A stretch of DNA of 64,000 nucleotides from NCBI GenBank assembly GCA_024653345.1, contig JANLFV010000007.1, forward strand, positions 4,605 through 68,604, in the 5' to 3' direction. The notes beneath the pieces were generated by a model. That model worked only from the letters and a program-made list of their open reading frames with translations, did not search any database and was not told where the DNA came from. This DNA is from Candidatus Acetothermia bacterium. Its GTDB lineage: Bacteria; Bipolaricaulota; Bipolaricaulia; RBG-16-55-9; JANLFV01. This document shows positions 16,484-29,606 of this stretch, piece after piece (position 1 is the first letter of the stretch; every line of letters begins with the position of its first letter). The position numbers were made by a program, and so were the translations under genes.

Positions 16484-17254
16484 TCAGCGGGCGAAGAGCC
16501 AGTCCCGATTCGCGACGATCCAGGCACAATCCATCTCCGGCGGGATCCGGGTGGTGCGGAAGTAGCTGTGCTCAGGGACCGGGTCGGGACGGCTCTCTGA
16601 GCGGGCGCGGAGGACCGGGTTGCTCGCGCCCAGGACCACCTGCTCGAGCCCCCACTCCATCAGCCCGTCGATCCGGTCCGGTGAGTCGGCCATGCCCCGC
16701 AGGGCCGTCCAGTCCCGCTGGATCACATAGACCTCCCCCTTGATGAAGCCGAAGAGGGTGATCCGCACGCTCAGCCCGGGATGGCCGTCCCCGTCCTGGT
16801 CGAAGACCCGGGGATCGCTCGCCTCGGTGGGAAGCGGGTCGAGCTGGGGGTCCTCCAGCCGGACGCCCCGCAGTTGCGTGAACCGGGGCTGGAAGAAGTG
16901 GTAGCCACCGTCCGTCGGTTCGATGGTCGCGGGCTTTGCGGCAATCTCTAGGGACTGGATGAATGCCTCGGGGAAGACGAGGCTCACCAGTGGGGTCCCG
17001 CTCTCGACCGAGATGGCGCAGATCTGGGCCGTCACGGTGAGGCTCTCCCCGCGCTGGGCCTGGGTGAGCCGGAGGAGCGTGATGTTCCTGTTATTCACCT
17101 CGCCGATGAACGGGACCTTAGCGATCTCCGAGGCGACCTGGATCTGGGCCCAGCTCCCCGAGAAGTCCGCTTCCTGGCTGCTCCCGAGCAAGGCGCCCGG
17201 GGCCAAGCCGATCGTAAGCAAGAGAAGCGAGCGCAGGAGTCTCCTCATGGCCAC
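16484..17254 (-). CDS. secreted hypothetical protein
   Basis: 256 aa with a signal peptide (MRRLLRSLLLLTIGLAPGALLG). I recognise no family. Confidence 0.5.
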   Translation of the reverse strand: MAMRRLLRSLLLLTIGLAPGALLGSSQEADFSGSWAQIQVASEIAKVPFIGEVNNRNITLLRLTQAQRGESLTVTAQICAISVESGTPLVSLVFPEAFIQSLEIAAKPATIEPTDGGYHFFQPRFTQLRGVRLEDPQLDPLPTEASDPRVFDQDGDGHPGLSVRITLFGFIKGEVYVIQRDWTALRGMADSPDRIDGLMEWGLEQVVLGASNPVLRARSESRPDPVPEHSYFRTTRIPPEMDCAWIVANRDWLFAR

Positions 17255-17512
17255 GATTATACCGCCTCCTCAATCCGAGACAAGCCGCTCTTCGCGAGGA
17301 CTGCCACGGCGGCTCCCGAGAGCAGGGCCTGTCCAGGGGTAACGGAGCTTTCTCAGGCCGACCTCTTCGATCCGGCGCGGCTCGGGGGATGAGATCCGGC
17401 CTCGGGCTCTTGGCCGGCTTACCCGCTCTTGACGGGCCGGGGCGGGAGGCGCTAAGCTCGGTCTCAGGGCAGAAGAGGAGCGACTAGCTCCGGGTGAAGG
17501 AGGTGACTTGCG

Positions 17513-17893
17513 ATGAGGGAGTTCCGGGTCTCACTGCCGCAGCGGCCTGGGGAGCTCGCCCGTCTCACGGCCGAGCTCGCCAACAAGGGCGTGAACCTGA
17601 AGGCGGTCGCGGGCATCGCTGAGGCGAACAAGGCCACGATCGCCCTGGTGGGCCACGATGTGAATGCCCTGAGGCAGGCCCTTCAGGATGCGCGGATCCG
17701 GTTCGAGGAGCTGGAACTCCTCACGGTCGAGCTGGAGGATCAGCCGAGTGCGCTGGCTGACCTGGCGGCTAAGCTCGGTGACGGAGGGATCAACCTCACC
17801 TCGATCTACATCGTGGGCCGGGAGGGGACCAAGGTCCAGGTCGGCTTCACCACCGATCAGCCGGCCAAGGCTAAGAAGGCGCTGGGCCAATAG
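17513..17893 (+). CDS. tandem ACT-domain protein
   Basis: 126 aa with two ACT-like halves (FRVSLPQRPGELARLTAELANKGVNL and LTVELEDQPSALADLAAKLGDGGINL). The SD is GAAGGAGGTGA. Confidence 0.65.
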   Translation: MREFRVSLPQRPGELARLTAELANKGVNLKAVAGIAEANKATIALVGHDVNALRQALQDARIRFEELELLTVELEDQPSALADLAAKLGDGGINLTSIYIVGREGTKVQVGFTTDQPAKAKKALGQ

Positions 17894-18036
17894 GGCAACC
17901 TCAGTCGAGGTCGGGCTCGGACAGCCCCCGCGCTCCCCTCCCGGCTGGGCTGGAGTCTATTCTCTCCTCAGGCGATGAAGGGCGGCCGCTCATCCCCCTT
18001 TGGGGAGCCCGGAGTTATTGGAGAGAGGGCGAGCCC

Positions 18037-19200
18037 TCACCACCACCGGAGGTTGTGCCAGATGAGCCGCCGGCCCTTCCAGGTCGTCCGCCCCGCGAGC
18101 GTGAGGGCGAGCGACCGGAAGGCGAGGATCACGCTGAGGAGGATGCTCAAGGGGTAGAGGAGGGGGAGGTAGCGCGGGAGGCCAAGGCGCCAAGAGATGA
18201 GCCCCCACAGGAGGATTGAGAGCCCCACCGCCCCGCCCGCCAGGCCCCAGGAGAGCGGGGGGGTCGGCCCGCCCGCGAGCCCGCGGGCTAGCATGATCAC
18301 CGGCTGGAGGAAGACGACCCCCAGCCAGAGCCAGGCGAGCACGAACGGGATCAGGCGGTAGCCGAGGGCCGCGAGGAGGTTCTTGCTGAACCCCTCGAAG
18401 ACCCCTCGCCAGGTGTGATACATCCGGCGACTGATCCGCTCCTGGCCGTCCACGAGCCGCAGCCTCAACCCCTGAGCCTTGAGCCGCCTCCCGAGCGCGA
18501 GATCGTCCACGACATCCCCGCGCACCGCCGCGTGGCCCCCGATCGCGCGATAGGCCCCCCTCCTGAAGAGCATGAACGGCCCGCTCACCGCCGAGAGGGC
18601 CGGCGAGCGGGAGTGGTGGGCCAGGCTGAGCGGGAGGAAGGAGAGGATGCTCCAGGGGATGAGCGGGACGATCAGCCGCTCCGCCCAGGAGCCGAGCTCC
18701 TCCTTAGGGAGCGCTGAGAGGAGGTCGGCCTTCGTGGCCTCCAGGGCTCCCACGGCCTCGCGGAGCGCTCGGGGGTGGTGCCGGGTGTCGGCATCGGTGA
18801 AGAGGAGTAGCTCCCCGGCCGCGGCCTCGGCCAGCTGCTGGCAGGCCCAGTGCTTCCCCAGCCAGTCGGGCGGGAGCGGCTCCCCCTCCAGGACCCTCAG
18901 CCGGGGCTCGGCCTTCGCCAGGGAGCGGAGGAGCGCCGCAGTCCCATCGGCCGGATCATCGTCATAGAGGGCCAAGACCTCGAAGTCGGGGTAGTCCTGA
19001 GCGAGGAGCGAGCGGACGCAGGGGATGATGTTCTCCTCCTCGTGGCGGGCGGGGAGGAGGATCGAGACCCGAGGCCAGCGCGAGGGCGGGGGATGCTCGC
19101 CCAAGCGGCGCAAGGCCCGGAAATTCATGAGCGCGACCGCAACGAGCGCGAGCAAGAAGAAGACAATCCCCACCTGGTGCTCGAGCCAGAGAGAGCTCAA
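18037..19200 (-). CDS. family-2 glycosyltransferase with flanking TM segments
   Basis: 387 aa with VSILLPARHEEENI, QDYPDFEVLALYDDD and LLFTDADT (DxD). Confidence 0.75.
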   Translation of the reverse strand: MSSLWLEHQVGIVFFLLALVAVALMNFRALRRLGEHPPPSRWPRVSILLPARHEEENIIPCVRSLLAQDYPDFEVLALYDDDPADGTAALLRSLAKAEPRLRVLEGEPLPPDWLGKHWACQQLAEAAAGELLLFTDADTRHHPRALREAVGALEATKADLLSALPKEELGSWAERLIVPLIPWSILSFLPLSLAHHSRSPALSAVSGPFMLFRRGAYRAIGGHAAVRGDVVDDLALGRRLKAQGLRLRLVDGQERISRRMYHTWRGVFEGFSKNLLAALGYRLIPFVLAWLWLGVVFLQPVIMLARGLAGGPTPPLSWGLAGGAVGLSILLWGLISWRLGLPRYLPLLYPLSILLSVILAFRSLALTLAGRTTWKGRRLIWHNLRWW

Positions 19201-19802
19201 GACCCCCTCTTTCCCCGGTTGGCGATCCAGGGGCGAAGACGGGTGCCCTGGCGCAGCTCGGCCCGATGGGTCCAGGCCAGGATCAGGAGGTTCCCGCCCC
19301 AGGTCGCTAGGGTTGCACCTTCAGGCGCCCTAAGCGCTAAGTAGGTCCCCAGCCCGAGCATCCCTAAGATGACGGACCAGGCGTCGTTTGTCTGGACGAG
19401 CGAGAAGAGCGCCACGGCGACCCCGAGGACCGTCGGGCCCTCCCAGAGGGTCAGGCCGGTCCAGAGGCCGAAGCTCACGGCCACGGCCTTCCCGCCGCGA
19501 AAGGCCAAGAACGGGGAGAAGGCATGGCCGAGGCCCGGTGCGAGCGCGACCGGGACCAGGCCCCAGCCGGGGACCCCGTAGCGGGAGTGGGCCAGGCCGA
19601 CGAAGACCGCCCCCTTCAGGCCGTCCAAGAGCGCGGCGGGGAGGCCGAGCCGCCAGCCTCCGGCCCGCCAGGCGTTGGCCGCCCCGGGGTTCCCGTCGCC
19701 GTAGCGGCGGATGTCATCGTGCAGGAAGAGCCTCCCCAGCCAGAGGGAGAAGGGGAGCGCCCCCACAAGGAACCCGAGCCCCGCCCACAAGAGGGTCCTC
19801 AT
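19197..19802 (-). CDS. plsY: glycerol-3-phosphate acyltransferase PlsY
   Basis: 201 aa with GALPFSLWLGRLF...DIRRYGDGNPGAANAWR. A 4-nt overlap joins it to the GT2 gene. Confidence 0.85.
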   Translation of the reverse strand: MRTLLWAGLGFLVGALPFSLWLGRLFLHDDIRRYGDGNPGAANAWRAGGWRLGLPAALLDGLKGAVFVGLAHSRYGVPGWGLVPVALAPGLGHAFSPFLAFRGGKAVAVSFGLWTGLTLWEGPTVLGVAVALFSLVQTNDAWSVILGMLGLGTYLALRAPEGATLATWGGNLLILAWTHRAELRQGTRLRPWIANRGKRGS

Positions 19803-20067
19803 CCTGCTCGCATTTTAGGACAACCGGCCTGGCGAGGGTAGTTCTTGCATGCAAGGCCCGAGAGTGCTGAGGTAACACCTCTTGACCTGCTCAAGAAGCA
19901 TCAGGCAGGTTTGCGCGCGAATGAGGAGCAAGGCGGTAAACGGGAGGCTCGGGGAATTCCCGCGATGTCCGAATAGCATAGCCCAACGGCACCGAGCTCA
20001 GCCGCTGCGACCGAGGCGGCGAAGTCGCCGAGGGAACAGTCGGCTGGAGCGAGTTGTTAGGCCGTCC

Positions 20068-21879
<1,812 letters not shown>

Positions 21880-21883
21880 AGGA

Positions 21884-23031
<1,148 letters not shown>

Positions 23032-23035
<4 letters not shown>

Positions 23036-24240
23036 GTTGCGGTCTTGTCCTGTTCGAGCAGTAGTAGATTTTTGATTTCCTCTTTACGCCACTCTCGCCA
23101 CCCATTCACACGCTCCGCTCGCGGCAGCAACCAGCGCTCTCGCCACCAGGCGACCAGCTCCGAGAATGGCAGGTTGCGATAGACTGGTTCAGCATCACGG
23201 CCTTCCATATAGGCCTCCAGATTGTTTACCAAACGAAACAAGAACACCTCTTGCTTCACACCGTGACGGAGCAAATCGGACGGGAGGCCTAACTGATCCA
23301 GGGCTCGCACCATAGTTTGCCATTTCCGGCGCGGACCGGTACCAAAGCCGCCTCGTGTTGAAATCCCTTGGCTTTCCAGAAATTCGCGGAACAACGGGTA
23401 AAGTTCCATCAAGTGAAAAGTGCCATAGCCTTCCGTATAACCAAGAGACTCCGCTATGACCGTTCCGTTATAGTTCAGGCGGTTATACAGGCTGCTGCGC
23501 CCAAAAGCACTTGTGGTCGTAAGCGCGACGAGATGGGGTGGCAAGATGCGCCCTTCCATCTCGGTAGCTCGTTCGGAATACTTACGCCAATAAACCTGGC
23601 GAATCTCATTAGAGGCTGCCGCCAGTGCTATCAGCTTTCCGCCCAATAGGCGATCGTAGGGTGGTACGGCTCCCAACGTTTGAATGTCCATCGTCTGGTT
23701 GACCAGTTCCGTCTTCTTGCCAGGAGGATAACGAAAGAGGCGGTCCCGCGCCGGGAAACTAAGAGGAGGGGACTGCAAAGCCAGCAGGCCGATCAGCTTT
23801 CCATTGGCTTCTTCCATAATCAGGAATCTCAGACGCCGGCCATAACCTTTGGAGAAAGGGAGAGACCAGAGCAGTCGGGCCACGCGAAAAAGGTTATGTT
23901 GTTGGGCTGTAACTACCTCGATTAGCGCTGGGCGAATACATTCTGGTGTGATTTCGTTTCCATCGGCGAAGGAGTGGAGATACCTAGACAGATGCTGCCG
24001 AAGCCAATCCTGACGGAGGGCGATTTCCAATTGAGCAGCAGGCCGGTGGAGCTGCCGCAAGCCGTCTTTATCAACAGCTGGCGGCTGTAGGATGGCGTCC
24101 TTTGCCATTACAAATCCGGCTTCTCTCAGCTTATCAAGCACAAGCTTCTTTAATTCTGCTGGATCCAATCTAGTCACTGAGTTATCAAGCTGTCGTGACC
24201 GGGCGATAGGTCTATCGCTTTGTCTTCTAGAGAGTGCCAT
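23032..24240 (-). CDS. DUF4338 (Druantia DruA-type)-like protein; family assignment is tentative
   Basis: Intact 402 aa ORF with a GGAGAGG SD and an ATGA overlap with nurA. The block pattern GRRLRFLI / GKLIGLLALQSPPLSFPARD / LGAVPPYDRLLGGKLIALAA / LTTTSAFGRSSLYNRL parallels the DUF4338 pattern as I remember it (QLRYFV / LGFGAAAWKVAPRD / NNARFLILPWV..NLASRIL / LETFV..GTCYKAANW). Confidence 0.5.
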
Positions 24241-24265
24241 ACTACCCTCTCCACGAGCACTTTGG

Positions 24266-24295
24266 AGTATACCATCTGGCCCTGCAGCTCGTCAA
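24266..24295 (-). promoter_or_regulatory. island operon promoter TTGACG-N18-TATACT
   Basis: Minus strand reads ttgacg agctgcagggccagatgg tatact, ~25 nt upstream of the gene-1 ATG. Confidence 0.5.
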
Positions 24296-24447
24296 GAACA
24301 TCCCCTTGGCTCTGCCTCACTGGATCCTGATCGTCTCAACGATGGCCTCAGGCAGGCTGGCCAGGACCTCTTCCTTGGTCCTCCCCTGCCTGATTCCACT
24401 CGATGTGCCGGGCGAGGCGCCAGCCCCTATAATCTACTGAGCAAGCG

Positions 24448-25725
24448 ATGAAGGTCCTATCGGGCGGGAAGGTCTACATCGAGGGCGAGCTTAGGGAGCT
24501 GGACATCGGCTTTTCCGAGAAGATCCAAGAGATCGGCGAGGGCCTGGAGGGCGACCGGCTCGACTGCTCCGGCCTGGTAATCCTCCCGGGGATGATCGAC
24601 GCCCATGTCCACTTCCGGGACTTCGACCAGGCCCACAAGGAGACCTGGCAGACCGGCGGCCAGGCCGCGGCCAAGGGCGGGGTTACCACAGTCCTGGAGA
24701 TGCCGAACACCGAGCCCCCGACCACGACCCTCGAGATGGTCGAGCGGAAGCGCGAGCTAGCCTCAAAGTCGCTCGTGAACTTCGGCCTCTATGGCGGCCT
24801 CACGGAGGGGAACATCGAGCTGATCCCTGACCTAGCGAGGGAGGTCGTGGCCTTCAAGCTCTACCTCGGGGAGACGACCGGCGGGCTCACTGTCCGCGAC
24901 CCCAAAGCGATAAGAGCCATCTTCAAGGCCGTGGCCGCGACGGGGAAGGTCCTGGCGGTCCACGCCCAGAGGGGCGACTCCGACGCCGAGGCCCGGGACC
25001 TGGCCTTCGCCATCGACTTGGCCGCAAGATACGATGTCCGGCTCCATCTGGCCCATGTCACCATAAAGGCCGGTGTCCTGGTGATCGAGGAGGCCAAGAG
25101 GGATGTGGACCTGACCTGCGAGACTTGCCCGCATTATCTCCTCTTCACCAGGCAGGACTTAGCCGAGCGGGGGCCGCTCCTCCTAGTCAATCCCCCCTTG
25201 GCTGAGGAGGAAGACCGCGGACTCCTCTGGGAGGCCCTCCAGGAGGGCCTGATCGACATCCTGGCGAGCGACCATGCCCCGCACACCCTCGAGGAGAAGG
25301 GCTCAGACCACCCGCCCTCGGGCCTTCCAGGGGTCGAGACGACCCTCCCGCTGATGCTCGATGCCGTCAACCGCGGGAAGCTTAGCCTAGCCCAACTGGT
25401 CCGGGCCTTCGTGGAAAACCCGGCCCGGAGGTTCGGCCTCAAGGGGAAGGGCCGGCTCGACCTCGCCTCCGACGCCGACCTTGTGCTCGTGGACCTCGAG
25501 CGGTGGGGGAAGGTCGTGCGGGAGGAGCTGGCGACGAAGTGCGGCTGGTCGCCCTACGAGGGGCTTGAGCTGCGCGGCTGGCCTCTCCTGACGATCGTCC
25601 GCGGCGAGCCAGTCTACCGAGCCCCGGGCTTTGCCCTCCCGGACGATTGGGCCGACTTGGAGGGGTGCTCCCGGCGGTCCACTCCCTCGGGGTCCGCCTT
25701 TGACAACTCCTTCCGGCGGGGCTAG
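24448..25725 (+). CDS. pyrC: dihydroorotase (amidohydrolase superfamily)
   Basis: 425 aa with LPGMIDAHVHFRDF, NTEPPT, AVHAQ and ASDHAPH. It is followed by pyrE. Confidence 0.85.
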   Translation: MKVLSGGKVYIEGELRELDIGFSEKIQEIGEGLEGDRLDCSGLVILPGMIDAHVHFRDFDQAHKETWQTGGQAAAKGGVTTVLEMPNTEPPTTTLEMVERKRELASKSLVNFGLYGGLTEGNIELIPDLAREVVAFKLYLGETTGGLTVRDPKAIRAIFKAVAATGKVLAVHAQRGDSDAEARDLAFAIDLAARYDVRLHLAHVTIKAGVLVIEEAKRDVDLTCETCPHYLLFTRQDLAERGPLLLVNPPLAEEEDRGLLWEALQEGLIDILASDHAPHTLEEKGSDHPPSGLPGVETTLPLMLDAVNRGKLSLAQLVRAFVENPARRFGLKGKGRLDLASDADLVLVDLERWGKVVREELATKCGWSPYEGLELRGWPLLTIVRGEPVYRAPGFALPDDWADLEGCSRRSTPSGSAFDNSFRRG

Positions 25726-25737
25726 ATTGCGCTAGAG

Positions 25738-26397
25738 ATGGAAGGGATCGCGCGGCTCCTCCTCGAGACGGACTCGATCGTCATCGACCTGGCGAGGTCG
25801 TTCAGGCTCGTCTCGGGCCGCCTCTCCCCGGTCTATGTCGACTGCCGGCGGCTCATCTCCTTCCCTCAGGCCCGGGAGGCCGTGGTCGCGGCCTTTGCCG
25901 AGCTGGCTGAGCGGGAGATCGGCCTGGACCAGATCGATGTGATCGCCGGGGGCGAGACCGCGGGGATCCCCTTCGCCGCCTTCCTCGCCCAGCGGCTGGG
26001 GAAGCCGATGATCTATGTCCGGAAGGAGCCGAAGGGCCACGGGCTGGGAAGACCGGCCGGCAGAGGGCAGCCGGGAGAAGGCGCCCAGATCGAGGGGGTC
26101 CTCGAGCCGGGCCAGCGGGTCCTCTTGGTCGAGGACCTCGTGACCGACGGCGGGAGCAAGCTCCGGTTCGTGGAGGGGCTCGAGCGGGCGGGCGGGCTCG
26201 TCCGGGACTGCCTGACGGTCTTCGAGTATTTCTCGGAGCGGGCCGGGCTCCGCCGGGCGCGGGAGGCCCTCTCAGCCCGCGGGCTCAGGCTCCATAGCCT
26301 GACGAATTGGGACGAGGTCCTCGAGCTGGCCGCGGGCCGGTTCGCGCCGGCCGAGCTCGAGCAGGTCCTGGCGTTCTTGCGGGAGCTGGAGTTCTAA
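25738..26397 (+). CDS. pyrE: orotate phosphoribosyltransferase
   Basis: 219 aa with [23 protein letters not shown] and [13 protein letters not shown] (PRPP motif). It has an extra Gly/Pro-rich insert at ~26047-26085. Confidence 0.85.
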   Translation: MEGIARLLLETDSIVIDLARSFRLVSGRLSPVYVDCRRLISFPQAREAVVAAFAELAEREIGLDQIDVIAGGETAGIPFAAFLAQRLGKPMIYVRKEPKGHGLGRPAGRGQPGEGAQIEGVLEPGQRVLLVEDLVTDGGSKLRFVEGLERAGGLVRDCLTVFEYFSERAGLRRAREALSARGLRLHSLTNWDEVLELAAGRFAPAELEQVLAFLRELEF

Positions 26398-26398
26398 T

Positions 26399-27265
26399 AT
26401 GGAGCTCGAGGAGCCGGGTGAGGGGGGCGAGGTCACGCCCCAGAGCCTTCTGGAGCGCTACCTCCAGGAGATCGGGAAGGTCCCGCTGTTGAGCGAGGCC
26501 GAGGAGCGGGAGTTGGCCCGCCGGGTCCGTGCGGGGGACGAGGAGGCGAAGGAGCGATTCATCCGGGCGAACCTCCGGTTGGTCGTCTCGATCGCCCGCC
26601 ACTACTCGAGCTACGGCCTCCCCCTGCTCGACCTGATCCAGGAGGGGAATGTCGGGCTCCTCCGGGCGGTCGAACGGTTCCAGCCGGAGAAAGGATACAA
26701 GTTCTCCACCTATGCCACCTGGTGGATCAGGCAAGCGATCGTCCGGGCCCTCGCGGAGCAGGGGCGGACGATCCGCCTTCCGGAGCATGTGATCGAGCTG
26801 ATCCTGAAGATCAACGAGGCCGAGGAGGAGTTCCTCCACGAGACGGGTCAGCGGCCGACGCTCGAGGAGTTGGCCAAGCGGCTCGACCTCCCGCTGGAGA
26901 AGGTCCGCCAGGCAAAGGAGGCCGCGGCCCACCCGCTCTCGCTCGAGGCCCCGGTCGGTGAGCGGGGTGAAGAGACCCTGGGCGACCTCCTCGGCGCGGA
27001 CGGGCTCTCGCCGCCGCAGGAGATCACCAGGGAGCTGCTGCTGAGCGAGCTGGAGGAGTCGCTCCAGGAGTTGCCCGAGCGGGAGCGGGAGATCCTCGAG
27101 CTGAGATACGGCTTGAGGGGCCGAGAGGCGCTCACCCTCGAGGAGATCGGGAAGCTCCTGGGGATCTCGCGCGAGCGGGTCCGCCAACTCGAGGCCCAGG
27201 CCCTCCAGCGGCTCCGTGACCCCCTGATCCGGCAGAAGCTCCGCCACTTCTGGCAGCATGACTGA
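26399..27265 (+). CDS. sigma-70-family RNA polymerase sigma factor (RpoD/SigA-like, short N-terminus)
   Basis: 288 aa with regions 1.2 to 4: [70 protein letters not shown]. Confidence 0.85.
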   Translation: MELEEPGEGGEVTPQSLLERYLQEIGKVPLLSEAEERELARRVRAGDEEAKERFIRANLRLVVSIARHYSSYGLPLLDLIQEGNVGLLRAVERFQPEKGYKFSTYATWWIRQAIVRALAEQGRTIRLPEHVIELILKINEAEEEFLHETGQRPTLEELAKRLDLPLEKVRQAKEAAAHPLSLEAPVGERGEETLGDLLGADGLSPPQEITRELLLSELEESLQELPEREREILELRYGLRGREALTLEEIGKLLGISRERVRQLEAQALQRLRDPLIRQKLRHFWQHD

Positions 27266-28598
27266 TCCGGCCCGCCAGGCTGAGGAGAGGTCGCGAGGGC
27301 CTGCCAGTCTGAGCCCGGAGCGGTTCGACTCCGCCACGCGGACGGTCCGCGAGGTCGCCCTGGCCCTCGAAGGCGGTGGAGACGGGCCTGGCGAGGTCTA
27401 TCCTCGGGGAGCGGGGATCTTCTTGCGCGCGGTCGGCCTCCTGCCGGAGGCCGCGAGGATCCGGGCGATCGAATGGGGCCTGGCCCGGTTCCTGGGTAGG
27501 AGCTCGGCGCAGCTCCGCGAGCTCGACCCGGCCACCCTGACGCGCTGGTGCATCTCCCAGTATCCTTCGCGGCCTTATCGGGCAATCGTCGTCGGGTCGC
27601 CGAGCGGGGCGGTCGCCCACCTCGCGGCTCTGCTGGGAGCGCCCTTCCTCACCTCTTCCTTCCTCTTGAGCTTCCGCCACCGCATCGCACCGGATGACAT
27701 CCAGAGCTATCGGGAGTTCGGGGAGAGGGTCGCGGCCCGGCTGCTCGAGCGGCACGAGGAGTTCGAGGCGATCAACCACTACGACCCGCTCCACGACCGC
27801 GCGCTCATCAAGCATGCCGACCTCCTCCGGCTCCGACTGGTCCGCCTCCCGGAGGCCTACTGCCAGTTCATCCGGGAGCATCTGGCCCGTGATGGCTGTC
27901 TGATCTTGATCAGCTGCACCTACCCCTGGCCCCAATATCGCTTGGGCGAGCGGAGCTTCCTCCAGGTCGGTGGGCTGGGAGGCGTCAGTCCGGAGGAGTT
28001 CCTGCGGAGATGGAGCCTCCAGCAGCCGCTGGAGGAGCGGCCGGAATCGGAGTGGGGCTGCCCGCCAGGGCTGGCCCAGGAGGTGCGCCGCTTCGCCCGG
28101 GAGAGTAGACTGGAGCTGCTCGAGCTGCAGCTCGATCACCCGCAGCGCTACAGCCTCCTCGCCTATCGAGCCTACCTTGCCGCAGGGGCCCGAGAGGACG
28201 AGCTGATGCTCGACTGCTTCACCTACATCAATCCCTACACCAACCTCATCACCGCGATTCCCGCGCTCTGGCTCCCTTATAACGATCGGGAGAGCTTCGG
28301 CTTCGCCCGCCGGTTCGTCGCGGAGAGGGGCTTTGCCAGGATCTACCTCGCTCTGGCCACCTCGTTCGCCCGGTGCGAGGACACCGTGGCCTTTGCCGAG
28401 TGGGCGCGGCTCTTGGAGCGGAAGGGGCAGCTCGAGCTTCTGGGGGTCGATCCCCGGCGCTACCCCGCCGACCCCTGGGCCCCGTTTGCCTACCGCGGGA
28501 AGCTCGCCCGTCTCCGCGAGGCCCGCGCTCGCGAGGAGCGAATCCATCTTGAGCCGCGGGCTCTCCAGGGATTGACAGAGGCACTAGAACTGAGGTAA
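27258..28598 (+). CDS. conserved-looking hypothetical protein, translationally coupled to the sigma factor gene
   Basis: 446 aa with good G/C-ending codon usage and an 8-nt overlap with the sigma gene stop. I see no TM segment and recognise no motif. Confidence 0.6.
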   Translation: MTDPARQAEERSRGPASLSPERFDSATRTVREVALALEGGGDGPGEVYPRGAGIFLRAVGLLPEAARIRAIEWGLARFLGRSSAQLRELDPATLTRWCISQYPSRPYRAIVVGSPSGAVAHLAALLGAPFLTSSFLLSFRHRIAPDDIQSYREFGERVAARLLERHEEFEAINHYDPLHDRALIKHADLLRLRLVRLPEAYCQFIREHLARDGCLILISCTYPWPQYRLGERSFLQVGGLGGVSPEEFLRRWSLQQPLEERPESEWGCPPGLAQEVRRFARESRLELLELQLDHPQRYSLLAYRAYLAAGAREDELMLDCFTYINPYTNLITAIPALWLPYNDRESFGFARRFVAERGFARIYLALATSFARCEDTVAFAEWARLLERKGQLELLGVDPRRYPADPWAPFAYRGKLARLREARAREERIHLEPRALQGLTEALELR

Positions 28599-28623
28599 AA
28601 TGAGTTTGGTTTAAGGGGGCGAG

Positions 28624-28932
28624 ATGGACCGAGAAGGCAGGCGCGTATGGCGACCGGGGTTGACGCAGGCGCGAGTCGAGTGGGGTCTGCTCATCCTCCT
28701 GTTCACCCTTGCCTACGCTTTCTTCGCGCTGGCATTCATTGCCATCCGGCTCTGGCTCTGGGCTTCCGCGGCCTGCTGGAGCCTGGCGCTCAGGTGGCGG
28801 CGGGCCGTGGCCGGCGGCCCCTACGAGCGACTCCTCCCGCGGCCGCTCCGCGAGCCTGGGGGCGAGGAGCGGCTGGAAGAGCTGATCGTGCGGAACCGCG
28901 AGATCCTCGAAAGATATGGCTGGCTGCCATGA
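28624..28932 (+). CDS. small membrane protein (hypothetical)
   Basis: 102 aa with two hydrophobic segments, an AAGGGGG SD and G/C-ending codons. Confidence 0.45.
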   Translation: MDREGRRVWRPGLTQARVEWGLLILLFTLAYAFFALAFIAIRLWLWASAACWSLALRWRRAVAGGPYERLLPRPLREPGGEERLEELIVRNREILERYGWLP

Positions 28933-28949
28933 CATGAGAGGAGGTCAAG

Positions 28950-29513
28950 ATGGCTCGCGCTAGGATACCTGATCTGTTGACCTTTGCCCGGCTGCCCCTC
29001 GGGGTGGTGATCGCCCTCCACGGCCTCGCCGGGCGGCGCGCCGCGGGGACGGTCATGCTCCTCTTGCTCCTCGGCTGGTCGCTCGACTTCCTCGACGGCC
29101 GGCTGGCGCGCAGGCTGAAGGAAGAGCCGGGCTGGATCGGGGAGTATGAGATCCTCTTCGACCTCGTCCTCTGCCTCGGCTCGCTGGCTTACCTCGGCCT
29201 GGCGGGGTTCATCCCCTGGCCCGCAGCGCTCGGCTACATCACCCTCGCCGGGACGGTCGCCGGCCTGGCTACAGCCATCACCACTGCCGAACGGACCTAC
29301 TCCATCACTCAAGTGGTCGAGGTCCCGCTGATCTTCATCCCCCCGATCTTCCTTCTGCTGGCCTCGCCTTGGTGGATCATCCTCGTCACCATCATCTGGG
29401 CTCTCCTCTCCCTTGCCTTGGAATGGGACCGGGCGATGGAGCTGAAGGGGAAGGTCGTGGAGAGCCACCATCTCACGCTCGCGGCAATCTGGCGACTGAT
29501 CAGACGAGGCTAG
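28950..29513 (+). CDS. CDP-alcohol phosphatidyltransferase-like membrane protein (weak call)
   Basis: 187 aa, multi-TM. DFLDGRLARRL...G...E...D resembles the D-G-x2-A-R...G-x3-D-x3-D motif but is degenerate. Confidence 0.5.
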   Translation: MARARIPDLLTFARLPLGVVIALHGLAGRRAAGTVMLLLLLGWSLDFLDGRLARRLKEEPGWIGEYEILFDLVLCLGSLAYLGLAGFIPWPAALGYITLAGTVAGLATAITTAERTYSITQVVEVPLIFIPPIFLLLASPWWIILVTIIWALLSLALEWDRAMELKGKVVESHHLTLAAIWRLIRRG

Positions 29514-29606
29514 CCCGGGCTCGTTCTGCTGGCCCTTGGCCTTGCGCTGATGCCCCCGAGCCGGTAGGATGATCATCTGACCGCGCCTCGGGGGTGAGGA
29601 GGTCGG

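Noticed and set aside
26285-28547. Long minus-strand ORFs (26285-27337, 26848-27585, 27132-28547) opposite pyrE, the sigma gene and the 446-aa ORF
   Set aside because: These are antisense shadows with Arg/Pro/Gly/Glu-rich junk composition. The plus-strand genes carry clear family motifs and coupled starts.
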